From positions 66,334 to 130,333 of the forward strand of contig JBAWWL010000003.1 in NCBI GenBank assembly GCA_037146775.1: a DNA stretch of 64,000 nt. The letters run 5' to 3'. A model generated the notes under the pieces. The model saw only the letters and a list, made by a program, of their open reading frames with translations. It did not search any database and was not told the origin of the DNA. This document shows, piece after piece, positions 28,965 through 38,006 of the stretch; position 1 is the first letter of the stretch; each line of letters begins with the position of its first letter. The DNA is from Candidatus Omnitrophota bacterium (lineage in GTDB: Bacteria; Omnitrophota; Gorgyraeia; Duberdicusellales; 4484-171). A program made the translations under genes and the position numbers.

Positions 28965-30467
28965 ATGAGAATAATATTAATTGAACCGCCAATTAGCCGG
29001 CCTAAAGATGAAACAGTGGGGATCGCAGCGGAGGTTCCTATGGCCCTAGTTTCACTTGCCGCTACGCTTTTAAAAAGAAATCACGAAGTACATATTATCG
29101 ATGCCTTTGCTGAGGGGTATTTCGAGAGGACTATTCGAGATAAGAATAGTATGTATATTGGTCTTACCTTTGAAGACATTTTACAAAGAATTTTAAATTT
29201 CCGTGCAGACATTGTCGGAATTTCTTCAATATTTTTCTTTAATGCGCCAGTCGTCGTTGAGCTTGCTAACTTTCTTAAAGAACGCTGCCCAAATTTACAA
29301 ATTATTTTGGGTGGAATTGTCCCCGGGGTGCTATACCAAAAAATAATGAAGGAGAAAGGTGTGGATTTTATCGTGAGGGGGGAGGGAGACCATATTTTAC
29401 CCGATCTCGCAGAGAACATCAAAAATCCCGCCAAGGTACACGGCATTATTTGGCGCAAGGGGGCAAAAATTATCATAAATGAGGATGTGCCATTGCCTGA
29501 AGATCTGGATCAGTTACCTTTTCCTGCACGCGAACTATCTGATTTAGACCTTTACATCAAACTGGACAAGCCATTTGGATTTGTAAAAGAGAGAAAACGG
29601 TTTACAACGATATTAACTTCAAGGGGATGTCCTTTTTCTTGCGCTTTTTGTTCCGCTCATTTGGTACACGGGAAAAAAATTAGGTATCGCTCACCAGAAA
29701 ATGTTCTCATGGAGATTGATGAGCTGGTACAGAATTACGGAATCAATGAGGTGCATATCATTGATGAAAACTTCTCTTTAGACAAGTCACGCGCCATGAA
29801 AATAATGAACGGTTTAATTATGCGAGGTTATAATAAATTTCTTTCGTGGACCTGTCCAAACGGTCTCTTTGTCAAGTCTTTAGACGAGGAAGTAATAGAT
29901 AAGATGCAAGAAAGCAATTGCATTTCGGTGGCGTTGGCTGTTGAGAGCGGAAATCACGACGTCTGCAAAAATATGGTGAGAAAACCAGTTGATCATAAGC
30001 AAGTCGAAAGGGTTGTCAGGTATTTTAAAGAGCATACGGATATTCTTTTATGTGGATATTTCATTATAGGCTTTCCGGGAGAAACAAAAAAACAGGTAAT
30101 TGAAACATTTAACTTTGCGAATAAATTACAAATGCATAATGCTACAATTAGTATTTTAATGCCGTATCCATTCACGGATATTTACAATATTGCCTTGAGA
30201 GATGGATATCTTATTTTGGATGAAACGGATGAGTATTTTTCAAACCTGATGCCTAAACATGGTGTTATTAAGACCAATGAATTTGACCCATCGTGGCTTA
30301 AGGCAATCCAAGAAACCGATCGTTTCTTGGCACTTTTGAAAAAGAAGAAGAAGACTTTTTGGAGATTATGCTGGGAACTGATTTTTCGAGTCCATTGGAT
30401 GCTACCACGGGTTGCAGTGATGATTATTTATCACGCGATTAAAGGGGATATTTCGGGGAAAAAATGA
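28965..30467 (+). CDS. B12-binding domain radical SAM protein (class B rSAM)
   Basis: N-terminal cobalamin-binding Rossmann-like region, then the CxxxCxxC cluster (SRGCPFSCAFCS). The ATG at 28965 is preferred over the GTG at 28947. Confidence 0.75.
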   Translation: MRIILIEPPISRPKDETVGIAAEVPMALVSLAATLLKRNHEVHIIDAFAEGYFERTIRDKNSMYIGLTFEDILQRILNFRADIVGISSIFFFNAPVVVELANFLKERCPNLQIILGGIVPGVLYQKIMKEKGVDFIVRGEGDHILPDLAENIKNPAKVHGIIWRKGAKIIINEDVPLPEDLDQLPFPARELSDLDLYIKLDKPFGFVKERKRFTTILTSRGCPFSCAFCSAHLVHGKKIRYRSPENVLMEIDELVQNYGINEVHIIDENFSLDKSRAMKIMNGLIMRGYNKFLSWTCPNGLFVKSLDEEVIDKMQESNCISVALAVESGNHDVCKNMVRKPVDHKQVERVVRYFKEHTDILLCGYFIIGFPGETKKQVIETFNFANKLQMHNATISILMPYPFTDIYNIALRDGYLILDETDEYFSNLMPKHGVIKTNEFDPSWLKAIQETDRFLALLKKKKKTFWRLCWELIFRVHWMLPRVAVMIIYHAIKGDISGKK

Positions 30468-30708
30468 ATCTTTTGGCTTTTTCTTTTGACTACAAAATTG
30501 TCAATTTTTTCTTATGAAAAAAGATTATTTCGATGCGGCTGCGTTTATTCTTAGGAAGCAAAAGATGAGTTTATGTTCGTTGTTTGATTGGGAGTGTGCC
30601 TATCTATTGGTGTTATCCATATTAGTTTAATCGATACGCAAAAATCTTTGGTCTTTAGCCCGTGGAAATTCATTTGAAGGAAAGAAAAATTTTGAGATAG
30701 ATATTTAT

Positions 30709-31569
30709 TTGGTGGGTGGAGATAGCGACTTGAATAAAAAACAAATAAAATTCCTGCAAAGACTCGCGTCGGAAATAAGGACATATATTATTCGAATGAA
30801 TTGTTATGCGAATTCCGGACATCCTGGTGGGGCTTTGTCGTCGGCAGAAATCATTACTTATCTTTTTCATAAAGAGCTTAATTTTTCCCTATGTAATTAC
30901 CGGGATCCAGAGCGAGACCGGTTTATTCTGTCCAAGGGGCATTCTTGCATGGTTTTGTATGCGGCTCTGGCGCAGAAGGGTTTTTTTGGAATAGAGGAAT
31001 TTAGGAAATTACGCAAAGTTAATAGTATACTTCAGGGGCATCCTGATCGATTGAAGACCCCGGGCGTTGAGTTTAATTCCGGTTCTTTAGGCCAAGGATT
31101 TTCGTTTGCTCTTGGTTGTGCATTAGGTGGAAAACTTACTATGAAAAAATTTAGGGTTTATGTGCTACTTGGCGATGGGGAGTTAAACGAAGGCCAAGTG
31201 TGGGAAGGTTTTATGTTCGGCGCATTTTATAAATTAGATAATTTAGTTGCTATTGTAGATTATAATAAATATCAAAGCGATGATTTGTGCTCCAATGTTA
31301 CTGCACTTGAGCCCTTGGCTGATAAATTTAAAGCATTTGGTTGGAATGTATTGAGGATTAATGGACATAATTTTAAAGAAATTGCCAGAGCCTTCAGAAA
31401 CGCAAAAAACAGGAAAGGTAAGCCGACGGTTATTTTGGCCGACACCATTAAAGGTAAGGGGATATCTTTTATGGAAAATAATCCAAAATGGCATGGGAGC
31501 CTTGCTCCTCAGGGCGAAGAAAAGAAATGTGCTTTTCAAGAATGCGGTTGCGACGATATTAATCTATGA
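30709..31569 (+). CDS. transketolase, N-terminal (TPP/PP-domain) subunit
   Basis: SGHPGGALS, LGDGELNEGQVWE, and the GxxG TPP-binding motifs. A non-ATG (TTG/GTG) start is needed to retain the conserved N-terminus. Confidence 0.8.
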   Translation: MVGGDSDLNKKQIKFLQRLASEIRTYIIRMNCYANSGHPGGALSSAEIITYLFHKELNFSLCNYRDPERDRFILSKGHSCMVLYAALAQKGFFGIEEFRKLRKVNSILQGHPDRLKTPGVEFNSGSLGQGFSFALGCALGGKLTMKKFRVYVLLGDGELNEGQVWEGFMFGAFYKLDNLVAIVDYNKYQSDDLCSNVTALEPLADKFKAFGWNVLRINGHNFKEIARAFRNAKNRKGKPTVILADTIKGKGISFMENNPKWHGSLAPQGEEKKCAFQECGCDDINL

Positions 31570-32513
31570 TGACAATGCGTGAAGCCTTTGGTAAAGTTTT
31601 GGTTGAGTTAGGAAGCATACGTGATGATTTTGTAGTTCTCGATGCAGATGTGGCTGGTGGCACAGGTACCAATATTTTTAGAGACAAGTTTCCTGATAGA
31701 TTTATACAATGCGGTATTGCCGAGCAGAACATGATGTCTGTAGCCGCTGGTCTTTCAAGTATAGGGATTATACCCATTGTTACTTGTTACGGAGTTTTTG
31801 CTTCAATGCGAGCACTAGAACAAGCAAGAAATTCCATAGCTTATCCTAATTTTAATGTGAAAATTGTAGCGAGCCATTTAGGACTTGATGTTGGGCCGGA
31901 TGGCCCTACGCATCAGGCAATAGAGGATATCGCAATTTTCAGGTCTATTCCCAACTTTCGTATTATTTCTCCAGCTGATCCGTTTGAACTAAAAAAAGCC
32001 TTTACCGTTATGCTTGATATCCAGGGACCTTTTTACTTTCGCACAGGCAGAAGCCCCATACCTTTTATTTTTAATGATGATATAGATTTTAGGTTAGGAA
32101 AAGGAGTGCTTGTCCGAAAAGGCAATGATATTACTATAATAGCGGTGGGGGTAATGGTGAGCAGGGCAATTGAAGCGGCAGAAAAACTTAAAAACAAAAG
32201 GATACATTGTCGGGTAATCAATATGTCTACTCTCAAACCGATTGACAAAAAAATTATTATAAATTCAGCGGTTAAAACTAGAGCATTTGTTACAGCAGAG
32301 GACCACAATGTTAAGGGGGGGTTGGGCAGCGCAGTATCAGAGGTTTTAAGCCAACATTGCCCCTGTCCAATAGAATTTGTGGGTATCAAAGATACGTTCG
32401 CGGAATCCGGAGAGCCAGGATCATTGGCAGAAAAATACGGATTGACTTCTTCACATATTATTAAGGCAGTGGAACGGGTTATAAGACGTAAGAAAAAGGA
32501 GAATATAAAATGA
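31566..32513 (+). CDS. transketolase, C-terminal (Pyr-domain plus C-terminal domain) subunit
   Basis: FIQCGIAEQNMMSVAAGL and the HLGLDVGPDGPTHQAIEDIA motif. The start overlaps the N-terminal subunit gene. Confidence 0.8.
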   Translation: MMTMREAFGKVLVELGSIRDDFVVLDADVAGGTGTNIFRDKFPDRFIQCGIAEQNMMSVAAGLSSIGIIPIVTCYGVFASMRALEQARNSIAYPNFNVKIVASHLGLDVGPDGPTHQAIEDIAIFRSIPNFRIISPADPFELKKAFTVMLDIQGPFYFRTGRSPIPFIFNDDIDFRLGKGVLVRKGNDITIIAVGVMVSRAIEAAEKLKNKRIHCRVINMSTLKPIDKKIIINSAVKTRAFVTAEDHNVKGGLGSAVSEVLSQHCPCPIEFVGIKDTFAESGEPGSLAEKYGLTSSHIIKAVERVIRRKKKENIK

Positions 32514-33256
32514 TTCTTTCCAATAAAGTTACTCTGGTTACAGGCGGTAGTCGAGGTCTTGGGAGAATAATTAGTTTAAATTTAGCTAACGCGGGAGCTT
32601 TGGTGATTTTGACTTATCATACGCGAAGACATCAAGCCGAAAGAGTCGTTCAACAGATTTTGCATGATGGCGGTAAGGCGTTGGCCTTACAAATGGATGT
32701 ATGCGACAGAAGGAGTGTCCGAAAAGTCATTGGATTTATAAAAAAGAAGTATAAAAAACTAGATGTTTTAGTCAATAACGCGGGTATAAATCAGCCGGCC
32801 GATTTCGATAAAATTAAAGACAAAGATTGGGATAAAGTTTTAGCTGTTAATCTTAAGGGTCCGTTTATATGTATTCAAGAATCTTTGTTTTTACTGAAGA
32901 AATCAGCAGCTGGCAGCATAATCAACATTGGTTCGGTCAGTGGTCAATATGGTGGTCCGAGAACAGTCCACTATGCAGTAAGTAAAGCCGGATTGATTTC
33001 TTTAAGCCAAGTTGTAGCTCGTTTTGTTGCAAATTATAATATTCGTTGTAATACCATAGCCGTAGGATTAATAAAATCTGAAATGGCAAATAAGGGTTTA
33101 AAATCTTTAGCTGTATCGAAATTAGCGGAGAATATATTATTAAAAAGATTAGGTACGGCACAAGAAGTGGCGACGGCGGTATTATTTTTAGCAGCGAATG
33201 ACAGTAGCTATATTACTGCGCAAACAATTAATGTTAATGGAGGTTTATACTTTTGA
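32510..33256 (+). CDS. SDR-family oxidoreductase (FabG-like 3-oxoacyl reductase fold)
   Basis: TGGSRGLGR, NNAG, and YxxSK (YAVSKAG) motifs. Confidence 0.8.
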   Translation: MILSNKVTLVTGGSRGLGRIISLNLANAGALVILTYHTRRHQAERVVQQILHDGGKALALQMDVCDRRSVRKVIGFIKKKYKKLDVLVNNAGINQPADFDKIKDKDWDKVLAVNLKGPFICIQESLFLLKKSAAGSIINIGSVSGQYGGPRTVHYAVSKAGLISLSQVVARFVANYNIRCNTIAVGLIKSEMANKGLKSLAVSKLAENILLKRLGTAQEVATAVLFLAANDSSYITAQTINVNGGLYF

Positions 33257-34470
33257 ACAAGACTTTACTTATTATAGGCGCTGGCATAGAACAAATTCCA
33301 GGCATAAAATTAGCCAAAAAAATGGGACTATATGTTTTAGCAACAGATGGTAATCCTTTTGCGCCCGGTTTTAAACATGCGGATGATTATGCCAGGGTAA
33401 GCACTTATAATATTAAAGGGACAGTAGATTTTGCTTCTAGGTATAACCAAAAGAAAAAAATAGACGGCGTAGTGACTTTAGCTAGTGACGTTCCTGTGAC
33501 CGTTTCTTCAGTGGCACATGAATTACGATTATCTGGGAATACTATAACAACAGCAAAATTAGCATCTAACAAATTACTGATGAAAAATAAATTTGCTGCC
33601 GATGGTATTTCTATTCCAGAATTTTGCGAGGTAAAGAATGTGCAAGATATCAAAAGATTTATTAAAAAAAATGGATATCCAGTAGTTATAAAACCAATTG
33701 ATAGTCGCGGAGCAAGGGGAGTTTTGAGAATTACAGAAAATATAGACTTGGAATGGGCATTTGGACGAAGCAAAAAAGAGTCATCTTTGGGGCGGGTTAT
33801 GGTAGAAAAATTTTTAGACGGCCCGCAGATTAGTTCAGAATCTATTATCTATGATGATAATATTTATACCCCGGGATTATCTAATAGAAATTACGAATAT
33901 CTGGAAAGATTCAGTCCTTACATAATAGAAAATGGAGGAGATCTTCCTGTTTCGTTGAACGACAGCCAAAAAAAATCTTTAGATGAAGTTTTGCTTAAAG
34001 CTGCAAATTCAATAGGGATTAAGCGAGGCTCGATCAAGGGAGATATCGTTTGGACGCGTAATGGACCAAAAGTGATAGAGGTGGCCGCGCGTTTAAGTGG
34101 CGGTTGGTTTTGCACTGATGAAATCCCACTTTCAACCGGGGTCAATGTTGTAAAAACGGTTATTGATATGGCTTTGGGGATAAAGCCTAATTTTACGGAA
34201 CTTATACCAAAATATCATAGAGGAGTGGCATTAAGGTATATTTTCGCAAATAAAGGTAAAATAACTGGAATTTCCGGAGTCAATGTTGTCAAGGGTAACC
34301 CAAATGTCGTAAAGGTTGGGATAAATATTAAGCCAGGTAGCATTATAGATGAAATAAGCGACCATACGAAGAGGTTAGGTTATGTTATAACACGAGCTGA
34401 CACAAGAGAAAAAGCTATAAAAGCTGCCCAAAAAGCTATATCCTCAATAAAAATACACATTTCTAAATGA
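33253..34470 (+). CDS. ATP-grasp domain protein
   Basis: Pre-ATP-grasp Rossmann region (LLIIGAGIEQI) followed by the ATP-grasp core (YPVVIKPIDSRGARGV...VEKFLDGPQISSE). The start is a TTG overlapping the upstream stop. Confidence 0.6.
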   Translation: MNKTLLIIGAGIEQIPGIKLAKKMGLYVLATDGNPFAPGFKHADDYARVSTYNIKGTVDFASRYNQKKKIDGVVTLASDVPVTVSSVAHELRLSGNTITTAKLASNKLLMKNKFAADGISIPEFCEVKNVQDIKRFIKKNGYPVVIKPIDSRGARGVLRITENIDLEWAFGRSKKESSLGRVMVEKFLDGPQISSESIIYDDNIYTPGLSNRNYEYLERFSPYIIENGGDLPVSLNDSQKKSLDEVLLKAANSIGIKRGSIKGDIVWTRNGPKVIEVAARLSGGWFCTDEIPLSTGVNVVKTVIDMALGIKPNFTELIPKYHRGVALRYIFANKGKITGISGVNVVKGNPNVVKVGINIKPGSIIDEISDHTKRLGYVITRADTREKAIKAAQKAISSIKIHISK

Positions 34471-36470
34471 ACAAGCTAAATTTATACATTGTATTTCATT
34501 TAAATATCAATTATTCATCTATTGCCAAGAAGCAGAGACCTCTTGTTATGGAAAAATGTTACTGGCCAATATTAGATTTTGTTGATTTATTCAACATTCC
34601 GTTGGGTATAGAATTGTCAGGATATACATTAGAGCAAATTAACAAACTTTCTCCTGATTGGACTAAAAAAATTCGCTCATTATTGAAGCAGAATAAAATT
34701 GAGATAATCGGATCCGGTTATTCTCAAGTAATAGGACCACTAGTTCCGGCTGAAGTTAATCAATATAATCAAAAAATTGGTATAGAAACTTATCAAAAAA
34801 TCTTAGGGGTAAGGCCAATAATTGCCTTGGTCAACGAACAAGCCTATTCCGTTGGCTTACTATCTCATTATAAAAAAGCAGGTTACCAGGCTATTGTGAC
34901 GGAATGGGATAATCCTTATCGTTTTCATCAAAATTGGAATAAGTTATGGAAGTATTATCCACAGATAGCTTGCGATGATTATGGTAATCGTATTAATCTT
35001 ATTTGGAATAAAGCAATCGCTTTTCAAAAATTCCAGCGCTACGCCCATGCGGAAATAGAATTTGATGAGTATCTTGAATATTTAAAAAGCCATATAGCAA
35101 AAGAAGAAAGAACTCTTGCTTTGTACGGAAATGATGCTGAGATTTTTGATTTCCGACCAGGCCGTTTTCTTACTGAGGCAAAGATATATAAGAATGGTGA
35201 ATGGAATAGGATTAAAGAACTATTTAAAAGACTAAAGGAAGATAGAAATTTTGACTTTATACTTCCCTCGGACGTTCTTAAATTATTAAAGCATCCTTTA
35301 GCTGGAAACAAACTGCATTTAGAGTCGAGCGAGCAGCCGATACCAGTAAAAAAACAGGAGAAATACAATATTACCAGATGGGCAGTTACTGGTAAAAATG
35401 ATACAGAAATTAACACTAAATGTTATCAAATTTATTATCGCTTGATAAATTGTAAAATAATAGTAAAGAATCAGATGAAACTTAAGCAATTATGGAAAAA
35501 ATTATGCTATCTATGGAGCAGTGATTTCCGAACCCACATAGAACAGAAGCGGTGGCTAATTTTTCAAAAGGAGCTGGAAACCACGCTGCGTATAGCTAAT
35601 AAACTGCCAAGCAAAGAAGTAGCAAAGCGTAAAACTAATGTATGTTGCCATAAAAGTAACTATTTTCCCAAGGTAAATGTAAGAAATGTAAATACTAAGA
35701 TTGAAATTGAAACAAAAAGAGCTGAAATAACGCTTAACCGCGCCAAGGGATTAGCAATAGATTCGCTGATATTTAAAAATATTTCTGCCAAACCACTAAT
35801 TGGAACAATTCCGCACGGCTATTACGATGACATAAGTTTTGGCGCAGATTTTTTTACAGGGCATACTATTATAGAGGAGAGTGGTAAGAAAAAGATAACT
35901 GACTTAGAAGAAGCCCACCCAGTTATAGATAAAAATTGTCATAAAAATAAAGAATATTTAACCATAAAAGCTTTACTACAAACAAGGCTTGGTAAGATAC
36001 AAAAAGAAATTTTTATCTATCTTTTCAAAGATAGAATTGATATTAGTTATGATTTTGACATTTTTCTTGAAAATCTAGCTTCATTACGTACTGGCATTAT
36101 TACTTTATTGCCGGAATCTTTTGACAAAAAGACGCTTTATTATAAGACAATGAACGGCGGCTATAATCCTGAAAAGTTTTCGGTTGGTAAAAATTCTATA
36201 CGCCATACCAATTCTGTCGATAGGCTTATATCAGCGTGCCATTGTTTGGGTTCAACCAGTGGATGGGTTGAAATGGGAGATAAAGATAAACATATCACTG
36301 TTCATACCGATAAATCAAAGATGTATAGCGTTCCAATGATAGAATATGAAAATGTATCAAAATCTTATTTCTTTAGGTGTTCCAACTCGGTCTTAGAAAG
36401 CGATGAAACATCTGTTGAAAATAAAATAATTAAAGGAAAGATAACACTCTCTATAACAGCATCTAGATGA
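34467..36470 (+). CDS. hypothetical protein with an N-terminal GH57-like (glycoside hydrolase family 57 fold) domain
   Basis: The first ~190 aa are collinear with the GH57 N-terminal barrel (block pattern FHLN.., Y.P.LD.., KIEIIGSGYSQVIGPL.., ALVNEQAYS, VTEWDNPY). The canonical HQP motif is replaced by HLN, and the remaining ~450 aa are unrecognised. Confidence 0.35.
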   Translation: MNKLNLYIVFHLNINYSSIAKKQRPLVMEKCYWPILDFVDLFNIPLGIELSGYTLEQINKLSPDWTKKIRSLLKQNKIEIIGSGYSQVIGPLVPAEVNQYNQKIGIETYQKILGVRPIIALVNEQAYSVGLLSHYKKAGYQAIVTEWDNPYRFHQNWNKLWKYYPQIACDDYGNRINLIWNKAIAFQKFQRYAHAEIEFDEYLEYLKSHIAKEERTLALYGNDAEIFDFRPGRFLTEAKIYKNGEWNRIKELFKRLKEDRNFDFILPSDVLKLLKHPLAGNKLHLESSEQPIPVKKQEKYNITRWAVTGKNDTEINTKCYQIYYRLINCKIIVKNQMKLKQLWKKLCYLWSSDFRTHIEQKRWLIFQKELETTLRIANKLPSKEVAKRKTNVCCHKSNYFPKVNVRNVNTKIEIETKRAEITLNRAKGLAIDSLIFKNISAKPLIGTIPHGYYDDISFGADFFTGHTIIEESGKKKITDLEEAHPVIDKNCHKNKEYLTIKALLQTRLGKIQKEIFIYLFKDRIDISYDFDIFLENLASLRTGIITLLPESFDKKTLYYKTMNGGYNPEKFSVGKNSIRHTNSVDRLISACHCLGSTSGWVEMGDKDKHITVHTDKSKMYSVPMIEYENVSKSYFFRCSNSVLESDETSVENKIIKGKITLSITASR

Positions 36471-36482
36471 GTTTAATTTATC

Positions 36483-38006
36483 ATGGACATTAAAAGCAAT
36501 AATATGTTCGCCATGAGCAATGATGTTTTTTATGCACTATATTCTTGGATAGATAAACATAGTCGAGAGAAACAATTTATTTATGAAGGAATAGATATTC
36601 TTCAAGCATATGGAGAGAGGCTATATTATTTTTTATTTACCATTGTTCAGGAAGAAACAGTAAAAAATTCCACTAAAAACACATATTCTACTATAACTTC
36701 GGAAATGGAACTAAGCTATAAAAATGATAATTTTTCCGCTCGGGAACTTTTAGATTCTTTTTTAAACACAATACGTAAAACAACAAATTTTTTAAGACCT
36801 ATTAAAAATAAAAAAATTCTTATATATTCTGATTTAAATCGGGTAGAAGTAATCACAGAGCTGCTAAAGAAAGAAGTTATCTTTTTAAGAGACTCACTGC
36901 CAACATCATTATTTTTTCCGTTATTGTCTAAGGGAATTATTATAAAGTTAACTTCAGACTATAGAATATCTCTCAAACAAAAGGAAAATCTCTCACGAGT
37001 TGCAGATGAAATGATAAATAAAATGGAAAAATCATCCGAAGTCTTATATCTCAGCAATAATAATTTTTCTTGTTATGTCAAAAAATATCTTTTATTGATA
37101 TGGCAAAAAGAATTAGCACACGTTTTTCAAAGGATAGAGCAGTTTCATTCTTTATTCAAGACCGTACCAATTGTGGCTTTGTTGGTTGATGAGGATAGGA
37201 CTGTTGATAAAAATTTATTGGTTCAGGTGTCTAAGCAATATTCTTGTAAATCTTATGTAAATTGTCATGGTGAACCATTCTTAAAAATAGGATATATTCC
37301 CCTGGTTGCTGATTATATATTTGTGTGGGGAGAGCACCAAAAAACAATATTGATTCAAGCAGGCTTAGAGGCCAATAAAATTATCGTAAATGGCAGTTCC
37401 AAGCACGACCTCTATGTGAATGTTGATACCGCTGTAATTAAAAGAAAGATTTGTAAAGATTTACAATTATCACAATCCAAGACGATATTATTGATTGCTC
37501 CTCATCCTATCTTTGATAAAAGAACAGTTTGGAAACGTATATTATGGCCTCAAAATGAGGCGATAATAAGGACAGCCAGCACTTTTAAGGAATTACAAAT
37601 TGTCGTAAAACTTCATCCTGGTGACGTGTGTGGTCCCGAAATACGTTTTTTGGCAAAAAGTTTAGGTATTAGGGAAGAAAGCATTCTAATAAAATACGAT
37701 TCTCTTGTATTAGCCAAGGGGGTAGACCTGTTAATTGTTAACAAATCTACTTTTGCTATTGATGGGTTGGCATACCAGAAACCAGTGGTTCTAGCCGATG
37801 AAGAAAGTGTAGAAAGGTATAAAAACCTGAATGTATTTTATGATGGAACAACAGAAGAAAAATTAAAAGATTCTATCGAGGGCATTTTATCCGGCAAGTA
37901 TAAAAACCATCTTGTTAATTGGCAGACAGCTGCTAATTATTTGTTTAATGGTGTGGATGGTAAGGCTTCGGAAAGGATTGTCAAGAGGTTACTTGAAAAT
38001 GAATAG
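36483..38006 (+). CDS. hypothetical protein, weak resemblance to TagB/TagF-type CDP-glycerol glycerophosphotransferase / capsule-synthesis C-terminal domain
   Basis: The C-terminal region LLIAPHP...IVVKLHPGD...LLIVNKSTFAIDGLAYQKPVV resembles the HP-motif region of TagF-like enzymes. This is a low-confidence call. Confidence 0.3.
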   Translation: MDIKSNNMFAMSNDVFYALYSWIDKHSREKQFIYEGIDILQAYGERLYYFLFTIVQEETVKNSTKNTYSTITSEMELSYKNDNFSARELLDSFLNTIRKTTNFLRPIKNKKILIYSDLNRVEVITELLKKEVIFLRDSLPTSLFFPLLSKGIIIKLTSDYRISLKQKENLSRVADEMINKMEKSSEVLYLSNNNFSCYVKKYLLLIWQKELAHVFQRIEQFHSLFKTVPIVALLVDEDRTVDKNLLVQVSKQYSCKSYVNCHGEPFLKIGYIPLVADYIFVWGEHQKTILIQAGLEANKIIVNGSSKHDLYVNVDTAVIKRKICKDLQLSQSKTILLIAPHPIFDKRTVWKRILWPQNEAIIRTASTFKELQIVVKLHPGDVCGPEIRFLAKSLGIREESILIKYDSLVLAKGVDLLIVNKSTFAIDGLAYQKPVVLADEESVERYKNLNVFYDGTTEEKLKDSIEGILSGKYKNHLVNWQTAANYLFNGVDGKASERIVKRLLENE

